Counted from the first letter of the stretch, positions 11,196 to 22,223 are shown. The stretch: DNA of 46,711 nucleotides from an uncultured Atribacterota bacterium (GCA_964525625.1 CAZGKY010000002.1:1-46711), one strand, 5' to 3'. Program-made: numbers and translations. The notes: generated by a model from the sequence alone, not told the origin.

Positions 11196-12369
11196 AGCAG
11201 GGGAAAAAATCAAGGTTGCCTTTATCTTTGGAACAAGGCCTGAAGCAATTAAAATGTACCCGGTCATTAAAGAGGCTAAAATGTATCCTCATTGGATAGT
11301 GCCAATAATTATTTTAACTGCCCAACACCGAGAAATGCTTGATCAGATGATAAAGCTTTTTCAAATAATACCAGATTTTGATCTGAATATTATGGAACAA
11401 GGACAATCCTTATCCCGAATAAACTCTTTAGCCTTGCTGAAATTAGAGCAGGTCTTTCAAGAAAAAAAACCAGATTTAGTTTTAGTACAGGGTGATACTA
11501 CCACTACCTTTTCTGGTGCCTTAGCTGCTTTTTATCAAAAGATAAAAGTAGGACATATTGAAGCTGGATTGAGGACTCTAAAAAAATATTACCCCTTTCC
11601 TGAAGAGATTAATAGACGTTTAACTACTGTTTTAGCAGATTACCATTTTACTCCCACACCTCAAACAGCCCAAATATTGAAAAAAGAGGGTGTTGACCCC
11701 CAGCATATCTTTATTACCGGGAATACGGTAATAGACACCTTATTTCTCATGCAAAAAGATAAATTCCAATTTAGGGATAGCAGGATTAACTATGTAATTA
11801 ACCAGAGAAGGCCGCTATTATTGATAACTATGCATCGCCGTGAGAATTGGGGTGAACCTATGGTTAGAGTATGTCAGGCGGTAAGCAATATACTACAAAA
11901 AAATCGAAATATTATTGCCTTTTTCCCGGTCCATAAGAACCCTATCATTAGAAAGGTTGTCAACCAATATCTTCTGGATAAGGATAATATTTTATTGCTG
12001 GAACCTTTAGATTATCAGGAAATGGCAAATTTAATGACCTTATCCACTTTAATATTAACTGATTCGGGAGGAATTCAAGAAGAAGCTCCAGCACTGGGTA
12101 AGCCAGTACTGGTCTTAAGAACAGAGACAGAAAGGCCGGAGGTTATAGAAATTGGTGCTGCTAAATTGGTAGGAACCGATATAGCAACTATCACTAAAGA
12201 AGTAGAGGAATTGCTCAATAATCCTATTTATTATCAAAAAATGGTGGTGCAAAATTCTCCTTATGGTGATGGTAGGGCCGCGAAAAGAATCATTCATTAT
12301 CTTCTCTATCAATATCACCTCATAAAAACCCTTCCTGAGGAGTTTGTTCCTGCTCTGGCGAGCAGTTGA
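11185..12369 (+). CDS. wecB: UDP-N-acetylglucosamine 2-epimerase (non-hydrolysing)
   Basis: 394 aa with [26 protein letters not shown] motifs. Confidence 0.9.
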   Translation: MQSRAGEKIKVAFIFGTRPEAIKMYPVIKEAKMYPHWIVPIIILTAQHREMLDQMIKLFQIIPDFDLNIMEQGQSLSRINSLALLKLEQVFQEKKPDLVLVQGDTTTTFSGALAAFYQKIKVGHIEAGLRTLKKYYPFPEEINRRLTTVLADYHFTPTPQTAQILKKEGVDPQHIFITGNTVIDTLFLMQKDKFQFRDSRINYVINQRRPLLLITMHRRENWGEPMVRVCQAVSNILQKNRNIIAFFPVHKNPIIRKVVNQYLLDKDNILLLEPLDYQEMANLMTLSTLILTDSGGIQEEAPALGKPVLVLRTETERPEVIEIGAAKLVGTDIATITKEVEELLNNPIYYQKMVVQNSPYGDGRAAKRIIHYLLYQYHLIKTLPEEFVPALASS

Positions 12370-12623
12370 GCTATGGTTATTTATCTTTAAAAAATAGAAC
12401 TTTTTGGATTATGAATTATTATTAGCTTGAGCTGTTTTCTTATGTTATAATAATAAACTGATGTTTTTTATTTAATTATAAAAATCCATTTCTTAGAAGT
12501 TACTAAATTGGCTTGTGCTGAAAAAGGTTAAGAAAATCTATAGAGTAATTTTACGCCTGAACTATAAAGTAAGTAAGTTATATCACTAATTTTCAGTTTG
12601 ATAATCAGGAAAGAGGATAAATT

Positions 12624-13310
12624 ATGTTGCCTTTATGGGATGAGATACCGACCAGAAAAGCCCCCCTGATAACTATAATTATTATACTAATAAATTGTTT
12701 AGTCTATTATTATCAGTTTTTTATGGTAGCAGATGCACAGACTTTTATTTATGCCTTTGGATTAATTCCCTACGAAATTACCAGAGGCATAGATCTGCAA
12801 CCGGCCGGCCCCTCATTCCTTTATCTTACTGTCATCTATTCTATGTTTATGCATGGTAGTTTTGTTCATCTTTTTGGTAATATGCTTTATTTATGGATTT
12901 TTGGCAACAATGTAGAGGATCACCTGGGTAAATTCCGCTTCCTGTTATTTTATATATTATCAGGAATTTGTGCGGCCCTGGGACAAATTTTAGTTAATCC
13001 CTATTCCAGGATCCCTATGATTGGAGCCAGTGGAGCTGTGGCAGGCGTCTTAGGTGCTTATTTGATTCTCTTTCCCAGAGCAAGAATTACTACTTTAATC
13101 TTTTTTGGTTTCTTTATTCGGTTAATCAAATTGCCGGCCATATTTGTGCTGGGTCTCTGGATTATCTTTCAAATATTTTACGGATTATCGGATTTATCAT
13201 TGTCAAGAGGAGTAACAGGTGTAGCCTGGTTTGCACACATTGCCGGATTTTTTGCTGGGGTAATTTTAATTAAATTATTTAGTCCCAGGCAAAATTATTA
13301 CTATATTTAA
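12624..13310 (+). CDS. Rhomboid-family intramembrane serine protease
   Basis: Multi-pass membrane protein with HGSFVHLFGNM, catalytic GASGAVAG and downstream AHIAGF histidine. Confidence 0.88.
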   Translation: MLPLWDEIPTRKAPLITIIIILINCLVYYYQFFMVADAQTFIYAFGLIPYEITRGIDLQPAGPSFLYLTVIYSMFMHGSFVHLFGNMLYLWIFGNNVEDHLGKFRFLLFYILSGICAALGQILVNPYSRIPMIGASGAVAGVLGAYLILFPRARITTLIFFGFFIRLIKLPAIFVLGLWIIFQIFYGLSDLSLSRGVTGVAWFAHIAGFFAGVILIKLFSPRQNYYYI

Positions 13311-13443
13311 ACTTATTATGTTATACCAGTCAAGCCAGGACATCTTTTTGCCTATTTTTTACAATTAAGCTATAATTTTTATGCTTATTTATATAAAATA
13401 GCATTTAACATCTAAAAAATATTTTTATTACCGGAAGAGAATA

Positions 13444-14385
13444 ATGATTACCACAGTAACCCTTAATCCATCTCTTGATGTTATACTGAAGTTAAAAAAG
13501 CTGGAGCTAAACCGGTATAATATTGTGCAAAAGGTGACCAAAATTCCTGGTGGCAAGGGTATCAATATTTCTAAGGCAGTTAGAGCTTATGGTCTGGAAA
13601 CTATGGCTTTAGGTTTTATAGGGGGGTATAATGGCCATTATATCATAGAGCAACTTAATACCTATGGTATTTCCACCCATTTCTGGCACATTGAGCAAGA
13701 AACCAGAGCTAATATAATTATTATGGAAGAAACTAATAACACCCATACCTTACTAAGCGAACCGGGACCTGAGATAACAGAGTATGATCTTAATCATTTC
13801 AAGTCATTATTTTTTAGAGCTATGGCTCAAAGTAGAATAGTCGCTCTTTCTGGAAGTCTACCCGGTAAAGTTCCTGAAGATATATATTATCAATTAATTG
13901 AGCTAGCACACCAGAGAAATGTTCCCACTATCTTAGATGCAGCGGGGAGTGCTTTTCAAAAAGCTTTATGGGCAAAACCCTTTTTAGCTAAACCAGATTT
14001 GAGTGCTTCGGGATTTGAAATTTTCCAAAAAAAAGTAGACCATCCCGAGATTGCTTCCGATATTGCTCAGGAAATTGTACAACTCGGGATAAAGATTGCT
14101 CTGGTCCCTTTTGCCGACAATAAAGATATTATTGCTACTGAGGAAGGAGTATGGTTAGCAGAGAGTATTACCGATAATGTGGTTAATATTATTGGTAGTG
14201 ATGAAGCTATAATAGCCGGATTTGCTATAAAATTAATGGAAGCCGAAAAAGACCAGATAGCCAATATTATTCAGTTTGCTATGGCTTGTGGTTTAGCCAG
14301 TGCTCTTACTGAGGATGAGGAGTTTCATAATAAAGAAGATATAATGGCCTGTCTCCCCTATATTAAAGTTACCAAATTAAAATGA
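13444..14385 (+). CDS. PfkB-family sugar(-phosphate) kinase, 1-phosphofructokinase/tagatose-6-P kinase-like
   Basis: N-terminus MITTVTLNPSLDV and GGKGIN motif typical of FruK/LacC. The C-terminal nucleotide/catalytic motif is atypical (GSDE instead of G[AS]GD). Confidence 0.75.
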   Translation: MITTVTLNPSLDVILKLKKLELNRYNIVQKVTKIPGGKGINISKAVRAYGLETMALGFIGGYNGHYIIEQLNTYGISTHFWHIEQETRANIIIMEETNNTHTLLSEPGPEITEYDLNHFKSLFFRAMAQSRIVALSGSLPGKVPEDIYYQLIELAHQRNVPTILDAAGSAFQKALWAKPFLAKPDLSASGFEIFQKKVDHPEIASDIAQEIVQLGIKIALVPFADNKDIIATEEGVWLAESITDNVVNIIGSDEAIIAGFAIKLMEAEKDQIANIIQFAMACGLASALTEDEEFHNKEDIMACLPYIKVTKLK

Positions 14386-14403
14386 TGAGTAAAGGAGTGT
14401 TAA

Positions 14404-14877
14404 TTGAAAGTTAAAGATATTATGCATAGAAATACCTCCAGTGTATTACCAGATTGTAGTTTGAAAGAGGTAATTAAAATTATGGCTTTACAACGTATTA
14501 ATGGTATACCAGTGGTAGATGAAAATCAAAGGGTTATTGGATTTATTTCTCAGCATGATATAATTAAGACCTTGTTACCAGATTATCTTACTGTCATCAG
14601 TAGTAATATATTTTTAACTGAATTTATACGGCTTTCTAAGAAACTAAAAGAATGTGCCGATTTAAAGATAGCTCAATTTATGAACAAAGAGGTTATTACC
14701 GTCAATGAAGATGATAATGAAGTTATGGCGGCAGGTTTATTAATAAGATATAGGATTCATCATTTACCAGTGCTACGTAATGGTTATCTGGTAGGAATGG
14801 TAACTATGAGAGATTTATTAAAGGCCATATTAGAGCAAGAAGAAGTTCAGGAAAGTGAGCAGGTCGAGAAAAAATGA
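14404..14877 (+). CDS. CBS-pair domain protein
   Basis: 157 aa with two CBS repeats (INGIPVVDENQRVIGFIS; HHLPVLRNGYLVGMVT). TTG start 6 nt after AAGGAG. Confidence 0.8.
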   Translation: MKVKDIMHRNTSSVLPDCSLKEVIKIMALQRINGIPVVDENQRVIGFISQHDIIKTLLPDYLTVISSNIFLTEFIRLSKKLKECADLKIAQFMNKEVITVNEDDNEVMAAGLLIRYRIHHLPVLRNGYLVGMVTMRDLLKAILEQEEVQESEQVEKK

Positions 14878-15560
14878 ACAAAGGTTTTTTTATTTCTTTA
14901 GAAGGATTTGAAGGTTCCGGGAAGACTACCCTGGCAAAAAGATTGTATCAAATATTTTTAAAAAATGGATTTGAAGCGGTGTTAACCAAAGAACCGGGTG
15001 GTACCTTAGTGGGAGATAAGATTCGTAAAATATTATTGGAAAGAGAAAGTGAGGGATTAGGTTATAAAGCCGAACTGTTGTTATTTGCCGCCTCCCGAGC
15101 CGAAAATGTACGAATTAATATCAAACCATCTTTAGAGAAAGGATTGATTGTAATTAGTGATAGATATTTCGATTCTACCACTGCCTACCAGGGTTTTGGC
15201 CGTGGTATTGATTTAAGCATCATTGACTACCTGAATAATTTTGCAGTAGAGGACATTATTCCAGATTTAACCCTTTTTTTAGATATTGATACTGAAATTG
15301 GTTTAAAAAGGGCTACTATGCTCCATAACAATTCTGAGCTTCGCTTTGAAGATGAATTTCTTCAGAAAAAAGAAATTAATGGTAAACTTTTTTTAGAAAG
15401 AGTAAGAGATGGTTATTACCAAATTGCCCGACAGAATCCGGAAAGGATAAAGATAATTGATACTAACCGTGATATCCCGGTAGTAATCCAGGAAATTGTG
15501 ACCATAATTAATCTTAAACTTTCCCAAAAATTTAGAAAAAAAATCATTTTAGAGTTATAA
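14874..15560 (+). CDS. tmk: Thymidylate kinase
   Basis: P-loop FISLEGFEGSGKTT and DRYFDST motif. ATGA overlap with the CBS gene. Confidence 0.95.
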   Translation: MNKGFFISLEGFEGSGKTTLAKRLYQIFLKNGFEAVLTKEPGGTLVGDKIRKILLERESEGLGYKAELLLFAASRAENVRINIKPSLEKGLIVISDRYFDSTTAYQGFGRGIDLSIIDYLNNFAVEDIIPDLTLFLDIDTEIGLKRATMLHNNSELRFEDEFLQKKEINGKLFLERVRDGYYQIARQNPERIKIIDTNRDIPVVIQEIVTIINLKLSQKFRKKIILEL

Positions 15561-15582
15561 AAAAAATTTATAGAAGAGATAG

Positions 15583-16596
15583 TTGGTTTATTCTTTGATT
15601 ATGATTAGCTTTGACCAGATAACTGGACATAATAAGTCCATTCAAATATTACAAAGTTTAGTCAAATTGGACCAGATAGGACATGCTTATCTATTTGTGG
15701 GAAAAGAGGGTATTGGTAAAAAGATTACAGCATTAGCCTTTGCTAAAGCAATAAGCTGTATCAATTTATCTGAAGATTTTAATCCCTGTAATCACTGCCC
15801 ATCCTGCTTGAAAATCGAGAGAGGAATTCACCCTGATATTCAAGTTATCAGCCCCCTTAACTCGGTAATTTCTATAGGTCAGATTAGGGCAATCAAAGAT
15901 ATTATCTACTGGATGCCCTTAGTAAGTAAGAGAAAGATATTTTTAATTGATGATGCTCATAAGATGACTATCGAAGCTGCCAATTCCTTATTAAAGATAT
16001 TGGAAGAACCACCGGCATTTGCTGTATTAATCTTAATTACTTCTGAACCAGAATTTATTTTACCAACTATAAGTTCGAGGTGTTATAAGATATCTTTTTT
16101 ACCGATAAGAAAGGAAGAACAAGTAAAAATATTAACCAGGATGAACTTAGGATTAGATCATCGGAAATTAGAAGAAATTGTCTTGCTTTCTTCTGGTAGT
16201 CTGGGTAAGGCTTTAGAGTTAGCTCAAAATCCTAAGAAGTTACTGGAAAAAATCAGACCTTTAGAATGGTTAATAAAGACTACACCCGAAAATATAATTA
16301 GTAATACCTTTGCCCAGAGTGAAAAGGAATTAACTTGCATTTTAGATTCTTTTTTAGATTTTGTAGAGATAATGGTTTTATGGTTTCGAGATATTCTATT
16401 GTATCAGTCAGGATTACCGCGGGAATTGCTCTTTTTCCCCGGGCGGATAGATAAGATTAAAGAATTTGCCCGATACTATTCTCAGGAAAAAATCATTTTT
16501 ATCCTGGATTATTTAATGGAAATTCCAGAGAGAATTGAAAAGCATATTAATCCTAAAATATTATTTGATAATTTTATTATACAATTAGGTGGTTAA
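15583..16596 (+). CDS. holB: DNA polymerase III subunit delta-prime
   Basis: AAA+ clamp-loader fold (HAYLFVGKEGIGK), Zn module CNHCPSC, SRC motif (SSRCYK). Start is uncertain: TTG 15583 or ATG 15601. Confidence 0.85.
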   Translation: MVYSLIMISFDQITGHNKSIQILQSLVKLDQIGHAYLFVGKEGIGKKITALAFAKAISCINLSEDFNPCNHCPSCLKIERGIHPDIQVISPLNSVISIGQIRAIKDIIYWMPLVSKRKIFLIDDAHKMTIEAANSLLKILEEPPAFAVLILITSEPEFILPTISSRCYKISFLPIRKEEQVKILTRMNLGLDHRKLEEIVLLSSGSLGKALELAQNPKKLLEKIRPLEWLIKTTPENIISNTFAQSEKELTCILDSFLDFVEIMVLWFRDILLYQSGLPRELLFFPGRIDKIKEFARYYSQEKIIFILDYLMEIPERIEKHINPKILFDNFIIQLGG

Positions 16597-16598
16597 TA

Positions 16599-17465
16599 AT
16601 GCCCAGAGTTATTGGAATACAATTTTATAATTCAAACTTTATCTATTATTTTAAATACGGAAAATATGTCTTAGAGATAGGTGATTTTTGTATTGTGAAA
16701 ACATCATTAGGATTGGACATAGGAAAGGTAGTAACGCAGGCTATATATCTCAAGCCAGAAGAATTGGAAGAACCTCTAAAAAAAATAGTGCGCAAGGCAA
16801 CTAAAGAAGATTTTGAAAAATGGAAGCAGATTCAGGTAGACGAGCAAGAAGCTTATCGGATATGTCAGGAAAAAATAAAAAAATATCATCTAGACATGCA
16901 TCTTATTAATTGTAAGTACTTATTTGACAAAAGTCGTCTAATATTTTATTTTTATGCTGATAATCGTATAGATTTTCGTGAATTGGTTAAAGACCTGGCA
17001 GTTCAGTTTAAAACAAAGATTGAATTAAAGCAGATTGGAGTCAGAGATAAAGCAAAAATGGTAGGAGGATTGGGTATATGTGGTAGGCCACTATGTTGCT
17101 CCAGTTTTTTGACTGATTTTAAACCAGTACCAATTAATATAGCAAAAATGCAGAGTGTAGCCCTAAATCTAGCCAAAATTTCCGGTAACTGTGGTCGTCT
17201 GAAGTGCTGTTTAAATTTTGAAGCGGAATATTATCTGGAAGAGTTAAAAAAATATCCTAAGTTAGGTAGTCAGGTCCAGACTAAGGAAGGAAAAGAAGGT
17301 AAAGTAATAGAGGTAAATGCTTTAAGTAGATATATAATAATTGAAACTTTAGAAAGAGAAGATAATGAAAATATTAGAAATAGGATTAAAATTCCTATTG
17401 AGGAATGGCAAAAATATGATCAACTGAAGAATAGAGAAATAAATAATGCCGAAAATAAATCTTAA
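16599..17465 (+). CDS. PSP1-domain protein (YaaT/RicT-like)
   Basis: PSP1 C-terminal domain with Cys-rich CGRPLCC...CGRLKCC. Conserved position after holB. Confidence 0.85.
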   Translation: MPRVIGIQFYNSNFIYYFKYGKYVLEIGDFCIVKTSLGLDIGKVVTQAIYLKPEELEEPLKKIVRKATKEDFEKWKQIQVDEQEAYRICQEKIKKYHLDMHLINCKYLFDKSRLIFYFYADNRIDFRELVKDLAVQFKTKIELKQIGVRDKAKMVGGLGICGRPLCCSSFLTDFKPVPINIAKMQSVALNLAKISGNCGRLKCCLNFEAEYYLEELKKYPKLGSQVQTKEGKEGKVIEVNALSRYIIIETLEREDNENIRNRIKIPIEEWQKYDQLKNREINNAENKS

Positions 17466-18138
17466 ACCAGGGGAAACTATTGAATCCCTGGGCAGATATC
17501 AATTACAAGTTATTCAAAATAAAAATAGCTATTGCTTTTCAGTGGACTCTCTCTTGTTGGCACAATTTATAAAGATTAAGAATTGGGAAAAGATTATGGA
17601 TTTAGGAACTGGTTGTGGAATTATCCCCTTACTAATCCACCATCCCCAAAAAAATAATATTATTTATGGAGTAGAAATTCAGGAGAATTTAGTGTCCTTA
17701 GCGAGAAGGAATGTAGCTCTGAATAATTTAGATAAACAGGTTTTTATTCTCGAGGAAGATATAAATCATCTGAAAGAAAAATTTACTGGTGAGTATTTTG
17801 ATGTTGTTACTACTAATCCTCCTTATATTCCGGTGGGCAGAGGAAAGAGTAGTGCCCAAAATGAACAACTAATAGCGCGGCATGAAATAAATATGAATTT
17901 AGATAGCTTATTGCAAATAAGCAATTATCTTTTAAAAAAAAGAGGGAGACTATATCTGATTCATAGAGCAGATATTTTTATACCTGTTTTGATTACTCTT
18001 AAGAAATATCTTTTTGAACCAAAGGTATTACAATTTATCTATACCAAAAGAGATAGTCAAGCCAAAAGATTTCTTCTTGAAGCAAGGAAAGAAGGGGGTA
18101 CTGAATTAAAAGTTTTACCGCCCTTATTTTTAGAGTAA
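17446..18138 (+). CDS. SAM-dependent methyltransferase, tRNA (adenine-N6)-methyltransferase TrmN6/YabB-like
   Basis: DLGTGCG SAM motif and TNPPY catalytic motif. Synteny between yaaT and rsmI. Confidence 0.8.
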   Translation: MPKINLKPGETIESLGRYQLQVIQNKNSYCFSVDSLLLAQFIKIKNWEKIMDLGTGCGIIPLLIHHPQKNNIIYGVEIQENLVSLARRNVALNNLDKQVFILEEDINHLKEKFTGEYFDVVTTNPPYIPVGRGKSSAQNEQLIARHEINMNLDSLLQISNYLLKKRGRLYLIHRADIFIPVLITLKKYLFEPKVLQFIYTKRDSQAKRFLLEARKEGGTELKVLPPLFLE

Positions 18139-18266
18139 TAATAATTATTGGGTAAAGATTAGTTTAATGATAGCAAAAATAAAAAGATGTAGATAAAAAA
18201 TTGTCACTCCTAGTTTTTAGCTAATATATTTTTATTTATTGTATTATTTCCGTAAATTTATTTTTA

Positions 18267-18307
18267 ACCAAAAACCAAAAACGTTAATCCAAAAACACCG
18301 AAAAAGG
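18267..18307 (+). repeat. Heptanucleotide tandem-repeat tract (AACCAAA type) in the rsmI 5' region
   Basis: aaccaaa aaccaaa aacgtta atccaaa aacaccg aaaaagg. Six units in 7-nt register ending 8 nt before the rsmI ATG. Confidence 0.6.
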
Positions 18308-18314
18308 TAACTAT

Positions 18315-19202
18315 ATGCAAAAACAGCAATCTGGTACCTTGTATATCTGTGGGACACCAATTGGCAATCTGGAAGATATCACTTTACGTTGCCTGGCAGT
18401 CTTAAAGCAAGTTGATTTAATTACAGCAGAAGATACTCGGCATACTAAGATATTATTAAACCATTACCAGATTAAAAAACCAATTATCAGTTATCACAAA
18501 TATAGTAAAGAGAGTAAAGTTGAATACCTCTTAAAGCTATTACAAGAGGGGAAAAATATTGCTTTATTGTCAGATGCGGGAATGCCTGGTGTGTGTGATC
18601 CTGGGTATGAAATAATTAATAAAGCTATTGATCATAATATTACCATTGTTCCTGTTCCGGGTGTATCTGCTTTAATTACGGCATTGGTTGTATCAGGATT
18701 TCCTATGCAGAACTTTGTTTTTGAAGGATTTATTCCCAGGAAAAAAAGAGAAAAAGAAAAATATTTTTCCCAACTGAAATATGAGACGAGGACTATTATT
18801 TTCTATGAAAGTCCCCACCGGATTAAAGATACCTTGAGGATGCTTAAACAAATAGTTGGTGATAGAAAAATTGTTATAGCTCGGGAATTGACTAAAAAAT
18901 TTGAAGAAATAATAAGAGGGAATCTGTCCACCATAATAGATATCTTTAATACTAAAGAAGCTAAGGGAGAGTTTACTTTAGTTGTAGCAGGGAAATCTAT
19001 AGCAGAAAATGTTGAGGCTAAGAAAGAAACGGATTGGGAAAAAGAAGAAAAACTGGAAAAAGCAATTATAAATTATTTGAATAAAGGGTATCATAATAAA
19101 GATATTGTATCGGCAATAGTGCAGGAGTATCATATATCTAAAAATTATGTTTATAATAAGATTTTAGATATAAAAAAAAGAGCAAAACAAGTAAATAGCT
19201 GA
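18315..19202 (+). CDS. rsmI: 16S rRNA (cytidine1402-2'-O)-methyltransferase
   Basis: Tetrapyrrole-methylase fold N-terminus GTLYICGTPIGNLEDIT; SDAGMPGVCDPG; ESPHR. Confidence 0.92.
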   Translation: MQKQQSGTLYICGTPIGNLEDITLRCLAVLKQVDLITAEDTRHTKILLNHYQIKKPIISYHKYSKESKVEYLLKLLQEGKNIALLSDAGMPGVCDPGYEIINKAIDHNITIVPVPGVSALITALVVSGFPMQNFVFEGFIPRKKREKEKYFSQLKYETRTIIFYESPHRIKDTLRMLKQIVGDRKIVIARELTKKFEEIIRGNLSTIIDIFNTKEAKGEFTLVVAGKSIAENVEAKKETDWEKEEKLEKAIINYLNKGYHNKDIVSAIVQEYHISKNYVYNKILDIKKRAKQVNS

Positions 19203-19247
19203 TTGGCCAAAATATAGATTTATTAAAGAAAGGATATAATAGAAATA

Positions 19248-21206
19248 ATGGAAAAGAAGAGAGCTTTTTATATTACTACCCCAATTTATTATGTAAATGA
19301 TGTCCCTCATATTGGGCATGCTTACACTACTATTGCTGCCGACACCATGGCCAAATTTAAAAGGTTGAACGGTTATGATGTACTTTTTGCCACTGGTACC
19401 GATGAGCATGGTCAGAAAATTGCTAAATCTGCCGAACAATTAGGAATAAAACCTCAGGAGTTGGCTGATCAAGTGGTGATAAAATTTAAGAATCTTTGGC
19501 CAATTTTAAATATCGAACCAGATGATTTTATACGTACTACCGAAAAACGACATGAGATTGTGGTGCAAAAGATATTCAAGCGCTTATATGAAAAAGGTGA
19601 TATTTATAAAGGGCAATATGAGGGGTGGTATTGTGTGCCTTGTGAAACTTTCTGGCCAGAAAGCCAGATAGAAGGAAATGTCTGCCCTGACTGTGGTAGA
19701 CCTATTGAAAAATTTAAAGAGGAAAGTTATTTTTTTAGAATGAGTCGTTATCAGGAACAGCTGTTACGGCATATCGAGGACAATCCCGATTGTATTAAAC
19801 CAGAATCAAGAAAAAATGAGATTGTTAGTTTTATAAAGAGAGGATTAAAAGATCAGAGTGTAACTAGAATTAAATCCAGTTTAAATTGGGGAATTGATGT
19901 TCCCTTTGATCATAATCACGTCATATATGTCTGGTTTGATGCTTTGATAAATTATCTTACTGTTGCCGGTTATGGCATTGATGAGCATAAATTTAACTTT
20001 TATTGGCCGGAGGTAGTTCATTTAATAGGTAAAGACATTTTAAGATTCCATACCATTATCTGGTTTACCATGCTCATGGCTGCAGACATAAATCCTCCCA
20101 AACTGGTATTTTCTCATGGTTGGTGGACAATTGAAGGAGAAAAAATGTCAAAATCGAAAGGAAATGTGATTGATCCCTACCAGGTAGCTGAAGAATTTGG
20201 AGCCGATGCCTTTCGGTATTTTCTACTAAGAGAATTATCTTTTGGTCAGGATGGCAATTATTCTCGCCAGTTACTTATTCAGAGGATTAACTACGATTTA
20301 GCTAATGATCTTGGCAATCTGCTCAGCCGTACAGTAGCTATGACGGTAAAATTTTGTGCCGGGAAGATTCCCTCATCGGTATCGAGTGAAGAGATATTTG
20401 ACCGAGAATTAAGAAGACTGGCTAAAGAAACGGTAATACAGGTAATCGAAAATATGGAACAATTTTCTTTTAATCTTGCCTTAGAAAATATCTGGTCACT
20501 AATCAGAAGAACCAATAAATATATTGATCAGACCGAACCCTGGATATTGGGAAGAGATAAAAATCAAACCGGGAGATTGAACCAGGTATTATATCATCTT
20601 AATGAATCATTGCGCATAACAGCTTTATTACTTTATCCTTTTATGCCTGCTACTGCTAGAAAGATCTGGCAGCAATTAGGAATCAAAGATAATATTGAGA
20701 AAATGACTATTCCTGAGGATGCCCGCTGGGGAAGACTGAACCCCGGGACTGAGGTAAAACCTGGTCCTAATTTATTCCCCCGCATAGAAGAGGAAAAAGA
20801 AAATAAAGCCAGGGGAGAAAAGGAAGAAAAGGAAGGAGGCAAAAGAAACAATTTAAAGGTAGAACAAGAAAAGAAAGGAGTTTCCCTAATCTCTTTAGAA
20901 GATTTTCAAAAAATAGATTTAAGAGTGGGAAAAGTTATCTCAGCAGAAGATATTGCTGGTACCCAGAAACTACTCCAGATAAAGGTTGATTTTAAATCTG
21001 AAATAAGAACTTTAGTGGCCGGTATAAAAGAGTTTTATACTCCTGAAGCACTTATTGGTAAGAATATTGTAGTGGTATTTAATTTAGCTCCTGTTACTAT
21101 CAGAGGAATTCAATCCCAGGGTATGCTCCTGGCTGCCTCAGATGGTCAGCAAGTTGTTCTTTTGACTACTGATCGGGACATTTCTGCGGGAAGTACTATA
21201 AGATAA
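19248..21206 (+). CDS. metG: Methionyl-tRNA synthetase with C-terminal tRNA-binding (Trbp111/EMAP-like) domain
   Basis: HIGH-type PHIGHAYT, KMSKS, Zn knuckle CVPCE...CPDCG, K/E-rich linker, then an OB-fold tRNA-binding domain (LRVGKV...). Confidence 0.97.
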   Translation: MEKKRAFYITTPIYYVNDVPHIGHAYTTIAADTMAKFKRLNGYDVLFATGTDEHGQKIAKSAEQLGIKPQELADQVVIKFKNLWPILNIEPDDFIRTTEKRHEIVVQKIFKRLYEKGDIYKGQYEGWYCVPCETFWPESQIEGNVCPDCGRPIEKFKEESYFFRMSRYQEQLLRHIEDNPDCIKPESRKNEIVSFIKRGLKDQSVTRIKSSLNWGIDVPFDHNHVIYVWFDALINYLTVAGYGIDEHKFNFYWPEVVHLIGKDILRFHTIIWFTMLMAADINPPKLVFSHGWWTIEGEKMSKSKGNVIDPYQVAEEFGADAFRYFLLRELSFGQDGNYSRQLLIQRINYDLANDLGNLLSRTVAMTVKFCAGKIPSSVSSEEIFDRELRRLAKETVIQVIENMEQFSFNLALENIWSLIRRTNKYIDQTEPWILGRDKNQTGRLNQVLYHLNESLRITALLLYPFMPATARKIWQQLGIKDNIEKMTIPEDARWGRLNPGTEVKPGPNLFPRIEEEKENKARGEKEEKEGGKRNNLKVEQEKKGVSLISLEDFQKIDLRVGKVISAEDIAGTQKLLQIKVDFKSEIRTLVAGIKEFYTPEALIGKNIVVVFNLAPVTIRGIQSQGMLLAASDGQQVVLLTTDRDISAGSTIR

Positions 21207-21250
21207 ATTCCATCTTTTCAATTGAAAAAAATGGTATAAAGGTAGGAAAA

Positions 21251-22156
21251 ATGAATAATAATAAAAAAGATAGTAAAAAAAATAATAAAAGCGTGGGGGA
21301 AAAATCTAAAAAATCAAAAAAGAAGAGTTTTCTAGATAAATATTTTCATATAACTGTATTTATTTTTTTGTTAGTGGTAATATTATTATTAATTTTTAAC
21401 TTAAGACAATATGACCAAATTTTCCAATCCGTTGCTGATTTAAACCGTACTTATTACGATATACAAAGGGAAAATCAGGTTTTAAAAGAGAAAATTGAAG
21501 AACAAAAGCAGATGCTTGATGGTATTGACCAGCAAATAGCTAATTATCAAAAAGAGAGAATTACTAAGGAGCAATTTACTGAGATTTATTTTCAGCTGCA
21601 GGAATTGACTGGTATGATATCACAGGAGAAGAAAAGGGAATTTTATATGAATCGGATTGTGAAAATTATTTCCAACAACAATAACCAGCTGGAAAGTGAA
21701 ACCATTTATAGTATTGCTAAAAATATTTATGAAATAGCACAAAAATATAAATTTAATCCCTTTTTGATATGTGCCCTGATCAAGGTGGAAAGTGATTTTA
21801 TAGTTGATTCTGTATCTGATTCCTATGCCTATGGATTATGTCAGGTTCGTCGTTTTATTGCTAAAGAATTAGCTGAAAATATTGGAATTGAGTGGGATGG
21901 AGCGGAAAAAACACTACTTGACCCTGAAAAAAATATTAAGATTGGTATTCATTATTTAGCTATGCTCTATAATGATTTTGGTGATATAAGATTAGCTTTA
22001 ACTGCTTATAATTATGGACCTTTTAGGTTGCAGGAATTTATAGCCCAGAATAGTGAAATTCCCAACGGTTATACCGAAAAGATACTTAGATATTATGCCC
22101 AGTATCGTGGTTTTGCTATGGAAGAAATTGACGAAATATTAATTAAAGATAAATAG
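21251..22156 (+). CDS. Membrane-anchored lytic transglycosylase (SLT domain)
   Basis: Lys-rich N-terminus, one TM helix, coiled-coil region, then SLT motifs VESDF, AYGLCQV, AYNYGP. Confidence 0.75.
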   Translation: MNNNKKDSKKNNKSVGEKSKKSKKKSFLDKYFHITVFIFLLVVILLLIFNLRQYDQIFQSVADLNRTYYDIQRENQVLKEKIEEQKQMLDGIDQQIANYQKERITKEQFTEIYFQLQELTGMISQEKKREFYMNRIVKIISNNNNQLESETIYSIAKNIYEIAQKYKFNPFLICALIKVESDFIVDSVSDSYAYGLCQVRRFIAKELAENIGIEWDGAEKTLLDPEKNIKIGIHYLAMLYNDFGDIRLALTAYNYGPFRLQEFIAQNSEIPNGYTEKILRYYAQYRGFAMEEIDEILIKDK

Positions 22157-22223
22157 TTAGTAAATGATTAGCTGAGGTATATAATACAGCAAAATTAAGA
22201 AAAGGGAAAAGAGATAATTAAAG

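Noticed and set aside
21207-21250. Possible terminator after metG (palindrome TTTTCAATTGAAAA)
   Set aside because: The stem is entirely A/U-rich with at most a 4-nt loop, and no downstream U-tract follows. It is not distinguishable from chance palindromes in AT-rich DNA.
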